NCBI GenBank assembly: GCA_965277715.1
Contig: OZ255836.1
Span: 544,001-608,000 of the forward strand
DNA from: Gammaproteobacteria bacterium
GTDB lineage: Bacteria > Pseudomonadota > Gammaproteobacteria > JBCCGL01
DNA length: 64,000 nt
Reading direction: 5' to 3'
Below are positions 28,873 through 38,314 of the stretch, piece by piece. Within the stretch, counting starts at the first letter, position 1. Each line of letters begins with the position of its first letter. A program made the position numbers and the translations under genes. Below the pieces are notes generated by a model. That model was not told the DNA's origin, made no database searches, and was given only the letters and a program-made list of their open reading frames with translations.

Positions 28873-29049
28873 AGGGTTTTCTCCTGATTGGTTTGGTTGG
28901 TTTGGTTAGCCGGTTTGGTGCATCACCAACATGGCAAGCACCGGAACTGACAATGAAATACGCCCAGGAGCAACCTGGGGTCACCCCCTGATTGATTGGT
29001 GGTAGTGTGGAATCTGGACGATAAGTAGCCCTGCCGGGAAAGCAGGCGT

Positions 29050-29087
29050 CACCGCCCTATATTCCTTGTGCAGAATATAGGGCGGTG
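29050..29087. terminator. 15-bp perfect hairpin between the last fibre gene and the sheath gene
   Basis: caccgccctatattc-cttgtgca-gaatatagggcggtg. Confidence 0.6.
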
Positions 29088-29284
29088 TTTCCCTGGAAGT
29101 TACCGAACAACCCCCAGGGGGTGTGTAACGATTCTTCGGAGGGGAAAGGGGGGTTAAATGTTAAATGTTAAGAATATTGGCATTTAGATATGTTGTTAGG
29201 GTAAGGGTTTAATGGGTTCTAAAATAAAAAAATATGCCAAAGAGTGATCGGTTTTTGATTAGCTGCTTAATTGACAGTTAGCCA

Positions 29285-32200
29285 TTAATACCCGATTTCC
29301 TCTACCAGATGTTTATTGACAAACATTACATCAACAGACCAGGATTCATCGTCATTATGCGTGCGAAAGTCAGCTCTGATATACCAACTCCCAGAGACTT
29401 TACGCATATAAACCTGAATAATATCGCCATCATTATCCTCCTGAATATCACCGTCCAGCGCCTGAAAACCGATAATGGCAGCAGAATAGGTTGAAGTGCT
29501 ATAGCCCGTAGACCAATCTATATTGTCACCCAGATTGCTATACCGCCTAAAGATAAAAGGCTTCGCACTATTAATATGGATATCCCCGGAAACATCAAGT
29601 TTTGCCTTTGGACTATCGGTGCCGATACCGACGTTGCCATCTTTAATCACCATCTGGACGGTGCCGCCAGTACCGGCGGCAAGCGCGGTGTCGCTATGGC
29701 TACCGCCCTTATACCAGGCGAAGTTAGCACCTGTTCTAAAGTATTGGGTACTACTCTGGATCCCTATACCGTACGAAGTCGAGTACAAATCAATCATCTG
29801 GCGTACAGTTGAGCCGAAACCCGCCTTGCCATCCACCAGCAAATTATTATCACCGGGATCCGAATTGCCGCCTATATGCACACCGCCGTTGACCGCTAAT
29901 TTTGCAGCGGGGCTGGCGGTGCCGATACCGACGTTGCCATCTTTAATCACCATCTGTACGGTGCCGCCAGTACCGGCGTTCAATACGCCATCGTTATGGC
30001 TACCGCCCTTAAACCACGCGAAGTTAACCGCAGTTCTAAAGTATTGGGTACTATGTTGAATTCCTATACCGTAGCCAGCGTTAAACAAATTGATCTTTTC
30101 GCTCATATCCTGGTCGAAGTCCATCTTGCCACTCACCGCCAGGTCGCCACTGAGATCGACATTGCCCTCGCTGTCAACCGTTAACGCCGCCGTGCCATCG
30201 TCCTCGTGTAATTGCAAGGCACCCCCGTCAGCAATGCTGATACGGCTGGTGCCACCGGCATCTTTTAAGGTTAGATTACCGTTATCCGGCAGGCTGATAC
30301 GGTCGGTGCCACCGGCATCTTTGATATCGCCGCCACTGACCTTCAGATCACCCGTAACGGTGGCATCGCCATCCACCACTAATTTTGCATCGGGGCTGGC
30401 GGTGCCGATACCGACGTTGCCATCTTTAATCACCATCTGGACGGTGCCGCCAGTACCGGCGTTGAGCTCATCATCGTTATGGTTGCCGTCCTTATACCAG
30501 GCGAAGTTAAGCGCAGTTCTAAAATATTGGGTATTATTTTGTATACCAATACCGTACGCAGTCGAGTACAAATCAATCATCTGGCGTACAGCTGAACCGA
30601 AACGCGCCTTGCCATCCACCAACAAATTATTATCGCCGGGATCCGAATTGCCGCCTATATGCACACCGCCGTTGACCGCTAATTTTGCATCGGGGCTGGC
30701 GGTGCCGATACCGACGTTACCATCATCGTTAATCACCATCTGGACGGTGCCGTCAGTACCGGCGTCAAGCGCGGTGTAGCTATGGCTACCGTCCTTATAC
30801 CAGGCGAAGTTAAACGCAGTTCTAAAATATTGGGTCTGACTCTGGATCCCAATACCGTACGCAGTCGAGTACAAATCAATCATCTGGCGCGTAGTTGAGC
30901 CGAAACGCGCCTTGCCATCCACCAACAAATTATTATCGCCGGGATCCGAATTGCCGCCTATATGCACCCCCCCGTCAATCGCTAATTTTGCAGCGGGGCT
31001 GGCGGTGCCGATACCGACGTTGCCATCTTTAATCACCATCTGGACGGTGCCGCCAGTACCGGCGTTCAATGCGCCATCGTTATGGCTACCGCCCTTATAC
31101 CAGGCGAAGTTAGCCGCAGTTCTAAAGTATGGGGTCTGATACTGGATCCCTATACCATACGAAGTCGAGTACAAATCAATCATCTGGCGCTTAGTTGAGC
31201 CGAAACGCGCCTTGCCATCCACCAACAAATTATTATCGCCGGGATCCGAATTACCGCCTATATGCACCCCTCCATTGATCGCTAATTTTGCAGCGGGGCT
31301 GGCGGTGCCAATACCGACGTTGCCATCTTTAATCACCATCTGGACGGTGCCGTCAGTACCGGCGTCAAACGCGGTGTTGCTATGGCTACCGCCCTTATAC
31401 CAGGCGAAGTTATCACCCGTTCTAAAGTATTGGGCGCTACTCTGGATTCCTATACCGTACTTAGTCCCCCACATATTAATCATCTGGCGCTGAGTTAAGC
31501 TGAAACCCACCGTACCACTCACCACCAGGTCGCCACTGAGGTCGACATTACCTGTGTTATCAACCGTTAACGCCGCCGTGCCATCATTTTTGTTCAACTG
31601 GAAAACGTCGCCATCGGGTATTACCTGGCTGTTGTTACAGTGCTGTGCCGTGCAGTTAAACAACCGCAGCAGCGCCTTGTCGCAACTGTGCGCGCCGCTG
31701 CCGCTGCCGCTGGTGGCGGTGCAGTCGTAAACAGTCAAGGTGGAGTGGTCGCATTGATACACCCCGCCGCCATTGGCCGCCTTGTTGTGGTGCAGTTGGG
31801 TGGCGGTGATCTGTTTAACCGCGTTGGCACCGTACAGGCCACCGCCATTGCCACGGGTGTTGTGGTTAATGATCTTGCAGTTCAATTCAGACTGTTCGCA
31901 GTAATCCAGAAAAAAAGCGCCGCCCGAATCAGTACCAATCAAGGCACCGCCGAAACCATCAACCCCACCACGGCCATCAAAACTCCAGCCACGCAACTGA
32001 ATACCAGTGACGGGTGTGCCAGCGCTGCCCTGCACGGTGAACCGGGTCTGTGCATTGTCTTTAACCACCACCGTATCTTCCTGGTTAAAGCCGATAATGC
32101 TGACGTTTTCCTGGAGTTCCACGCTGTTTTTCAGGATATAGGCGGGTCGGCCATTAAAGGTATTTTGTGGGTTATCGCCCATGCCGCCCCAGGCGCCACT

Positions 32201-33256
32201 GGCAATATCCGAGCCGATAAAGGGCGTGGTGATGGCAAAGCTGTCGGTAGTCACATCGCTAATGGTGTAGGTGCCGCTGTAGTAACGGCTCTGGCCGATC
32301 AACACAGTCGTATTGTCACTCAGGCCGTGACCGGCAGAGGTGCAGACCACCTTGGCGCCGGTTTCAGTCGCTGAGTCGGCAAAGGCGCTAATGGCGCTAT
32401 AACTTGTGGTGCCCCATTTGGCCGTACCATCGGCAATAAAGTGGGCATTGATATCAAAGCCGTTGGCGGTGACATTGCTGATGCTGTAGTGACCGTTGTG
32501 ATGGGCGCTTTGGGTAATCACAATCTGGGTGCCGTCGTCGAGTCCGTGGGCGGCGGCGGTACAGGTGACTTTGGTATTCGGTGAGTTGGTGGCGTTGGCA
32601 AAGGCGGTGATTGCCTGCAACACCTGCCAGCGACCGCTATCGTTTGGCTCGTAGGCACCCTGGATGGGGCTGAGGGCTATGGTGCTGTTGGCGGCAATGA
32701 CCGTGTCGGTGCCGAGGTTAAACACCTGGTCGAATTCCGCCTGGCTGTGAATTTTAACCGTGTTGGGGCCGAGCAGCAGGGTGTCCCTGGCCGCCGGGGC
32801 CTCCAGCTTGCCGCTGCCATCGATAACGATATCGCCCGCATCGGCCCCAGAGAAAGTCAGGTCGAAGGCCAGCATGAAATCGGTGCTCGCTACCTTCTCG
32901 GCCAGTTTTTCATCATTGGCGGCGTAAAGGGCAAAGAGTTCGCCGGTTTCCAGAAAAAAGCCGATTTCGTAGATGGGGTAAACATTGGGCACATCGGTGC
33001 CCTCGTCTTGCAATATGGCGGTTAAATGTAACTGGTTTTGCCGGTTGCCGATCAGTTCACCACCGGCAACGACAACCCGCTGGATTTCGTGTTTGAGCGC
33101 CGTCATGTCTTGGCTGGCGGTATAGGGGCCACTGCCCGCGCCGGCTTGACCATCGCCCACCGCCACCTCGGCGATGCGTGCAGACATGCCACGGTTTTTG
33201 GCATCGATCAGGGCGGTGATGCCCGCGTCGGTAATTATTGGGGTTAGTGTGCTCAT
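29285..33256 (-). CDS. Tail fibre paralog 3 (1323 aa)
   Basis: Baseplate-anchor N-terminus 'ITDAG....VAVGDG...EIGFF...G.LFA', beta-helix GGG(L/V)Y repeats, GNVGIGT shaft repeats; unique C-terminal tip. Confidence 0.88.
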   Translation of the reverse strand: MSTLTPIITDAGITALIDAKNRGMSARIAEVAVGDGQAGAGSGPYTASQDMTALKHEIQRVVVAGGELIGNRQNQLHLTAILQDEGTDVPNVYPIYEIGFFLETGELFALYAANDEKLAEKVASTDFMLAFDLTFSGADAGDIVIDGSGKLEAPAARDTLLLGPNTVKIHSQAEFDQVFNLGTDTVIAANSTIALSPIQGAYEPNDSGRWQVLQAITAFANATNSPNTKVTCTAAAHGLDDGTQIVITQSAHHNGHYSISNVTANGFDINAHFIADGTAKWGTTSYSAISAFADSATETGAKVVCTSAGHGLSDNTTVLIGQSRYYSGTYTISDVTTDSFAITTPFIGSDIASGAWGGMGDNPQNTFNGRPAYILKNSVELQENVSIIGFNQEDTVVVKDNAQTRFTVQGSAGTPVTGIQLRGWSFDGRGGVDGFGGALIGTDSGGAFFLDYCEQSELNCKIINHNTRGNGGGLYGANAVKQITATQLHHNKAANGGGVYQCDHSTLTVYDCTATSGSGSGAHSCDKALLRLFNCTAQHCNNSQVIPDGDVFQLNKNDGTAALTVDNTGNVDLSGDLVVSGTVGFSLTQRQMINMWGTKYGIGIQSSAQYFRTGDNFAWYKGGSHSNTAFDAGTDGTVQMVIKDGNVGIGTASPAAKLAINGGVHIGGNSDPGDNNLLVDGKARFGSTKRQMIDLYSTSYGIGIQYQTPYFRTAANFAWYKGGSHNDGALNAGTGGTVQMVIKDGNVGIGTASPAAKLAIDGGVHIGGNSDPGDNNLLVDGKARFGSTTRQMIDLYSTAYGIGIQSQTQYFRTAFNFAWYKDGSHSYTALDAGTDGTVQMVINDDGNVGIGTASPDAKLAVNGGVHIGGNSDPGDNNLLVDGKARFGSAVRQMIDLYSTAYGIGIQNNTQYFRTALNFAWYKDGNHNDDELNAGTGGTVQMVIKDGNVGIGTASPDAKLVVDGDATVTGDLKVSGGDIKDAGGTDRISLPDNGNLTLKDAGGTSRISIADGGALQLHEDDGTAALTVDSEGNVDLSGDLAVSGKMDFDQDMSEKINLFNAGYGIGIQHSTQYFRTAVNFAWFKGGSHNDGVLNAGTGGTVQMVIKDGNVGIGTASPAAKLAVNGGVHIGGNSDPGDNNLLVDGKAGFGSTVRQMIDLYSTSYGIGIQSSTQYFRTGANFAWYKGGSHSDTALAAGTGGTVQMVIKDGNVGIGTDSPKAKLDVSGDIHINSAKPFIFRRYSNLGDNIDWSTGYSTSTYSAAIIGFQALDGDIQEDNDGDIIQVYMRKVSGSWYIRADFRTHNDDESWSVDVMFVNKHLVEEIGY

Positions 33257-33330
33257 TGGTTTATCTTTTCTGTTGGGGAACAGGAGGTTGTTTGGGATCG
33301 GGATGGTGTTATATGGTTATATGGTTATAT

Positions 33331-33405
33331 GGTTTGCACCAGACTCAGGTTAAAGCGGTAGTGACTGCGCACTGGCTTGAGCGCATCGATGGCCTGGTGC
33401 AATTT
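33331..33405 (-). pseudogene. Duplicated remnant of the gpI 3' end upstream of fibre 3
   Basis: ggtttgcaccagactcaggttaaagcggtagtgactgcgcactggcttga... matches 43256-43330. Confidence 0.75.
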
Positions 33406-33500
33406 AGTGTGAAAACTGGACGATGAGTTTGCCTGCCGGTAATGGCAGAGTTTGCTGTCGCATACCTTGAAACAAGGCAATCACTGTCCCTAATCAACCA

Positions 33501-34106
33501 TTAGAGCAGAACAGGGCCAACAAGAGAGAATAGATAGGCGCTGCCGGCACTAGTCCCTCCCGTGTCTTCAAGATGAGCCCCAACGAGGGCGTGATCATCA
33601 CTGAGAGATACCGAAATACCGAAATAATCGGAGGTCTGTTTGTCATCCGCCTGTAGCTTATGCTCTTGTGCCCAGGTATTACCCTCCCGGCGGAAAATAT
33701 AGGCACTGCCGGCATGAGCCTCTCCCGTATCTTCAAGATAAGCCCCAACGAGGGCGCGATCACCACTGAGAGACACCGAATAACCGAAATAATCGCCGGC
33801 CTGTTTGTCATCCGCCTGCAGTTTATACTCGGGTACCCAGGTACTACCCTCCCGGCGGAAAATATAGGCACTGCCGGCATTATCCTCTCCCGCATCTTCA
33901 CGATAAGCCCCAACGAGGGCGCGATCACCACTGAGAGACACCGAACGACCGAAATAACCACTGAGCTGTTTGTCACCCGACAGCAGTTTATACTCTTGTA
34001 CCCAGACATAACCCACCCGGCGGAAAATATAGGCACTGCCGGCATCAGCCTCTCCCGCATCTTCACGATAAGCCCCAACGAGGGCGCGATCACCACTGAG
34101 AGACAC
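33501..34106 (-). pseudogene. FG-GAP repeat (beta-propeller) fragment, probably the detached tip of fibre 2
   Basis: Four 'SVSLSGDRALVGA.ED.G...AGSAYIFRR' repeats; one such repeat remains in fibre 2; different frame from fibre 2. Confidence 0.75.
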
Positions 34107-34257
34107 CGAATCGAAGTACCATTCCTAGTTCATATGGCCGGGGTTTATCCAAGTTACCAGGTAATGTCCTTTGCGGTGAGATATCGCCCCTGACGGCACA
34201 GTATCTCGCCCTCTGTATCGGACCACACCCGCCAACGGGACCCGTGACCGCTAATAG

Positions 34258-37200
34258 TCATCTTGGTCTCTTATACCGAATCAATACTCCATTCCTGGTA
34301 TCTGCCGTACCGGCGTTTAAATTACGCCATGTTATAACTACCGGCTTCCAATGCCAGTGCGCGTTTACGGTGAGATTTCCTTCTATGACCGCATTGCCAT
34401 CTACCTCTAGATTATCATCACCGGGATCCGAATTGCCGCCTATATGCACACCGCCGTTGACCGCTAATTTTGCAGCGGGGCTGGCGGTGCCGATACCGAC
34501 TTTGCCCTCTTTAATCACCCCCTGCAGTTGATACTCGTGTACCCAGGTACTACCCTCCCGGCGGAAAATATAGGCACTGCCGGTATTAGGCCCTTCCGTA
34601 TTTTCACCATGAGCCCCAACGAGGGCGCGATCACCATCGATAGACACCGAATAACCGAAACATTCGTTGACCTGTGCTTTAATCGCCTGCAGTTTCTGTT
34701 GCGTAGCGTTAACGACACTGGTATCAAGCCTACCGATGATTGATCCACTGATCGTGCCACTCACCGACAGGTCGCCACTAATATGGATATTGCCAGCGCT
34801 ATCAACCGTTAACGCTGCCGTGCCATCCTCTTTGTATAATTGCAAAGCACCCCCGTCAGTAATACTGATACGGTTGGTGCCACCGGCATCTTTTAAGGTT
34901 AAATTACCGTTATCCGGCAGGCTGATACGGGCAGTGCCATCGGCATCTTTGATATCGCCGCCACTGACCTTCAGATCACCCGTAACTGTGGCATCGCCAT
35001 CCACCTCTAAATTATTATCGCCGGGATTTGAAACGCCGCCTATATGTACACCCCCGTCGACCGCTAATTTTGCAGCGGGGCTAGCAGTGCCGATACCGAC
35101 GTTGCCATTTTTAATCACCATCTGGACGGTGCCGCCAGTACCGGCGTTCAATGCACCATCGTTATGGCTACCGCCCTTAAACCACGCGAAGTTATAGGCA
35201 GTTCTAAAATATTGGGTGTGACTCTGTATTCCTATACCGTAATCGGTGCCCCACATGTCAATCATCTGACTCGTATTTTGGTCGAAGCCCATCTTACCAC
35301 TCACCACCAAGTCACCACTGAGGTCGATATTGCCAGAGGTATTAACCGTTAACGCCGCAGTGCCACCGTCCTCGTGCAATTGCAAGGCACCCCCGTCAGC
35401 AATACTGATACGGCTGGTGCCACCGGCATCTTTTAAGGTTAAATTACCGTTATCCGGCAGGCTGATACGGGCAGTGCCGCCGGTATCTTTGATATCGCCG
35501 CCACTGACTTGCAGGTCACCCGTGACGGTGGCATCGCCACTCACCGCCAGGTCACCACTGAGGCCGACATTACCTGTGCTATCAACTGTTAACGCCGCCG
35601 TGCCACCGTCCTCGTGTAATTGCAAGGCACCCCCGTCAGCAATACTGATACGGCTGGTGCCACCGGCATCTTTTAAGGTTAAATTACCGTTATCCGGCAG
35701 GCTGATACGGGCAGTGCCATCGGCATCTTTGATATCGCCGCCACTGACCTTCAGATCACCCGTGACGGTGGCATCGCCATCCACCACTAATTTTGCATCG
35801 GGGTTAGTGGTGCCGATACCGACATTGCCCTCTTCAATCACCATCTGGACGGTGCCGCCAGTACCGGCGTTGAATTTTGCATCGTTATGGCTACCGCCCT
35901 TAAACCACGCGAAATTGTGCTCGGTTCTAAAATATTGAGTATGAGTCTGTACTCCAATACCGAACACAGTATTCCACAAGTTAATCATTTGTCGCACAGT
36001 TGCGCCGAAGCTCGCCTTGCCATTAGCCACCGACAGGTCACCACTGAGGCCGACATTACCTGTGCTATCAACCGTTAACGCCGCCGTGCCACCGTCCTCG
36101 TGTAATTGCAAGGCACCCCCGTCAGCAATACTGATACGGTTGGTGCCACCGGCATCCTTTAAGGTTAGATTACCGTTATCCGGCAGGCTGATACGGGCAG
36201 TGCCGCCGGTATCTTTGATATCGCCGCCACTGACTTGCAGGTCACCACTGAGGCTGACATTACCTGTGCTATCAACCGTTAACGCCGCTGTGCCACCGTC
36301 CTCGTGTAATTGCAAGGCACCCCCGTCGGCAATACTGATACGGTTGGTGCCACCGGCATCCTTTAAGGTTAGATTACCGTTATCCGGCAGGCTGATACGG
36401 GCAGTGCCGCCGGTATCTTTGATATCGCCGCCACTGACCTTCAGATCACCCGTGACGGTGGCATCGCCACTCACCGCCAGGTCACCACTGAGATCGACAT
36501 TGCCCGTACTATCCACCGTTAACGCTGCCGTGCCATCATTTTTGTTCAACTGCAAAACGTCGCCATCGGGCATTATCTGGCTGTTGCTACAATTCTCTGC
36601 CGTGCAGTTAAACAACCGCAGCAGTGCCTTGTCGCAACTGTGCGCGCCGCTGCCGCTGGCAGTGGCGATGCAGTCGTAAACAGTCAAGGTGGAGTGGTCG
36701 CATTGATACACCCCGCCGCCATTGGCCGCTTTGTTGTGGTGCAGTTGGGTGGCGGTGATCTGGGTGACATTATTGGCACCATACAGGCCACCACCATTGG
36801 CGCTGGTGTGATGATTAATGATTTTGCAGTTCAGTTCAGACTGTTCGCAGTAGTCCAGAAAAAAAGCGCCGCCCTGGTCAGTGCCGGTTAAGGCACCGCC
36901 CAAACCATTAACCCCACCACGGCCATCAAAACTCCAGCCACGCAACTGAATACCAGTGACGGGTGTGCCAGCGCTGCCCTGCACGGTGAACCGGGCCTGT
37001 GCATTGTCTTTAACCACCACCGTATCTTCCTGGTTAAAGCCGATAATGCTGACGTTTTCCTGGAGTTCCACGCTGTTTTTCAGGATATAGGCGGGGCGGC
37101 CATTAAAGGTATTCTCCGGGTTATCGCCCATGCCACCCCAGGCGCCACTGGCAATATCCGAGCCGATAAAGGGCGTGGTGATGGCAAAGCTGTCGGTAGT

Positions 37201-38205
37201 CACATCGCTAATAGTGTAGGTGCCGCTGTAGTAACGGCTCTGGCTGATCAACACAGTTGTATTGTCACTCAGGCCGTGACCGGCAGAGGTGCAGACCACC
37301 TTGGCGCCGGTTTCAGTCGCTGAGTCGGCAAAGGCGCTAATGGCGCTATAACTTGTGGTGCCCCATTTGGCCGTACCATCGGCAATAAAGTGGGCGTTGA
37401 TATCAAAGCCGTTGGCGGTGACATTGCTGATGCTGTAGTGACCGTTGTGATGGGCGCTTTGGGTAATCACAATCTGGGTGCCGTCGTCGAGTCCGTGGGC
37501 GGCGGCGGTACAGGTGACTTTGGTATTCGGTGAGTTGGTGGCGTTGGCAAAGGCGGTGATTGCCTGCAACACCTGCCAGCGACCGCTATCGTTTGGCTCG
37601 TAGGCACCCTGGATGGGGCTGAGGGCTATGGTACTGTTGGCGGCAATGACTGTGTCGGTGCCGAGGTTAAACACCTGGTCGAATTCCGCCTGGCTGTGAA
37701 TTTTAACCGTGTTGGGGCCGAGCAGCAGGGTGTCCCTGGCCGCCGGGGCCTCCAGCTTGCCGCTGCCATCGATGACGATATCGCCCGCATCGGCCCCAGA
37801 GAAAGTCAGGTCGAAGGCCAGCAGGAAGTCTGTGCCCGCTACCTTCTCGGCCAGCTTTTCATCATTGGCGGCGTAAAGGGCAAAGAGTTCGCCGGTTTCC
37901 AGAAAAAAGCCGATTTCGTAGATGGGGTAGACGCTGGGTACATCGGCGCCCTCGTCTTGCAATGTGGCGGTTAAATGTAACTGGTTTTGCCGGTTGCCGA
38001 TCAGTTCACCACCGGCAATGACAACCCGCTGGATTTCGTGTTTGAGGGCTGTCATATCCTGGGTGGCGGTATAGGGGCCACTGCCCGCGCCGGTTTGACC
38101 ATCGCCCACCGCCACCTCGGCGATGCGTGCAGACATGCCACGGTTTTTGGCATCGATCAGGGCGGTGATGCCCGCGTCGGTAATTATTGGGGTTAGTGTG
38201 CTCAT
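34258..38205 (-). CDS. Tail fibre paralog 2 (1315 aa), mosaic C-terminus
   Basis: N-terminal ~550 aa nearly identical to fibres 1 and 3; shaft modules; a single FG-GAP repeat then a different tip fragment. Confidence 0.85.
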   Translation of the reverse strand: MSTLTPIITDAGITALIDAKNRGMSARIAEVAVGDGQTGAGSGPYTATQDMTALKHEIQRVVIAGGELIGNRQNQLHLTATLQDEGADVPSVYPIYEIGFFLETGELFALYAANDEKLAEKVAGTDFLLAFDLTFSGADAGDIVIDGSGKLEAPAARDTLLLGPNTVKIHSQAEFDQVFNLGTDTVIAANSTIALSPIQGAYEPNDSGRWQVLQAITAFANATNSPNTKVTCTAAAHGLDDGTQIVITQSAHHNGHYSISNVTANGFDINAHFIADGTAKWGTTSYSAISAFADSATETGAKVVCTSAGHGLSDNTTVLISQSRYYSGTYTISDVTTDSFAITTPFIGSDIASGAWGGMGDNPENTFNGRPAYILKNSVELQENVSIIGFNQEDTVVVKDNAQARFTVQGSAGTPVTGIQLRGWSFDGRGGVNGLGGALTGTDQGGAFFLDYCEQSELNCKIINHHTSANGGGLYGANNVTQITATQLHHNKAANGGGVYQCDHSTLTVYDCIATASGSGAHSCDKALLRLFNCTAENCSNSQIMPDGDVLQLNKNDGTAALTVDSTGNVDLSGDLAVSGDATVTGDLKVSGGDIKDTGGTARISLPDNGNLTLKDAGGTNRISIADGGALQLHEDGGTAALTVDSTGNVSLSGDLQVSGGDIKDTGGTARISLPDNGNLTLKDAGGTNRISIADGGALQLHEDGGTAALTVDSTGNVGLSGDLSVANGKASFGATVRQMINLWNTVFGIGVQTHTQYFRTEHNFAWFKGGSHNDAKFNAGTGGTVQMVIEEGNVGIGTTNPDAKLVVDGDATVTGDLKVSGGDIKDADGTARISLPDNGNLTLKDAGGTSRISIADGGALQLHEDGGTAALTVDSTGNVGLSGDLAVSGDATVTGDLQVSGGDIKDTGGTARISLPDNGNLTLKDAGGTSRISIADGGALQLHEDGGTAALTVNTSGNIDLSGDLVVSGKMGFDQNTSQMIDMWGTDYGIGIQSHTQYFRTAYNFAWFKGGSHNDGALNAGTGGTVQMVIKNGNVGIGTASPAAKLAVDGGVHIGGVSNPGDNNLEVDGDATVTGDLKVSGGDIKDADGTARISLPDNGNLTLKDAGGTNRISITDGGALQLYKEDGTAALTVDSAGNIHISGDLSVSGTISGSIIGRLDTSVVNATQQKLQAIKAQVNECFGYSVSIDGDRALVGAHGENTEGPNTGSAYIFRREGSTWVHEYQLQGVIKEGKVGIGTASPAAKLAVNGGVHIGGNSDPGDDNLEVDGNAVIEGNLTVNAHWHWKPVVITWRNLNAGTADTRNGVLIRYKRPR

Positions 38206-38314
38206 TGGTTTATCTTTTCTGTTGGAGGGGCAGGGGGTGGTTGGATTGCTGAGTAGCTGCTTGCCTCGTTTTCTGCGGGTGTCTTTATAGCAATTTGCTC
38301 TTGATAAGCGCTAA

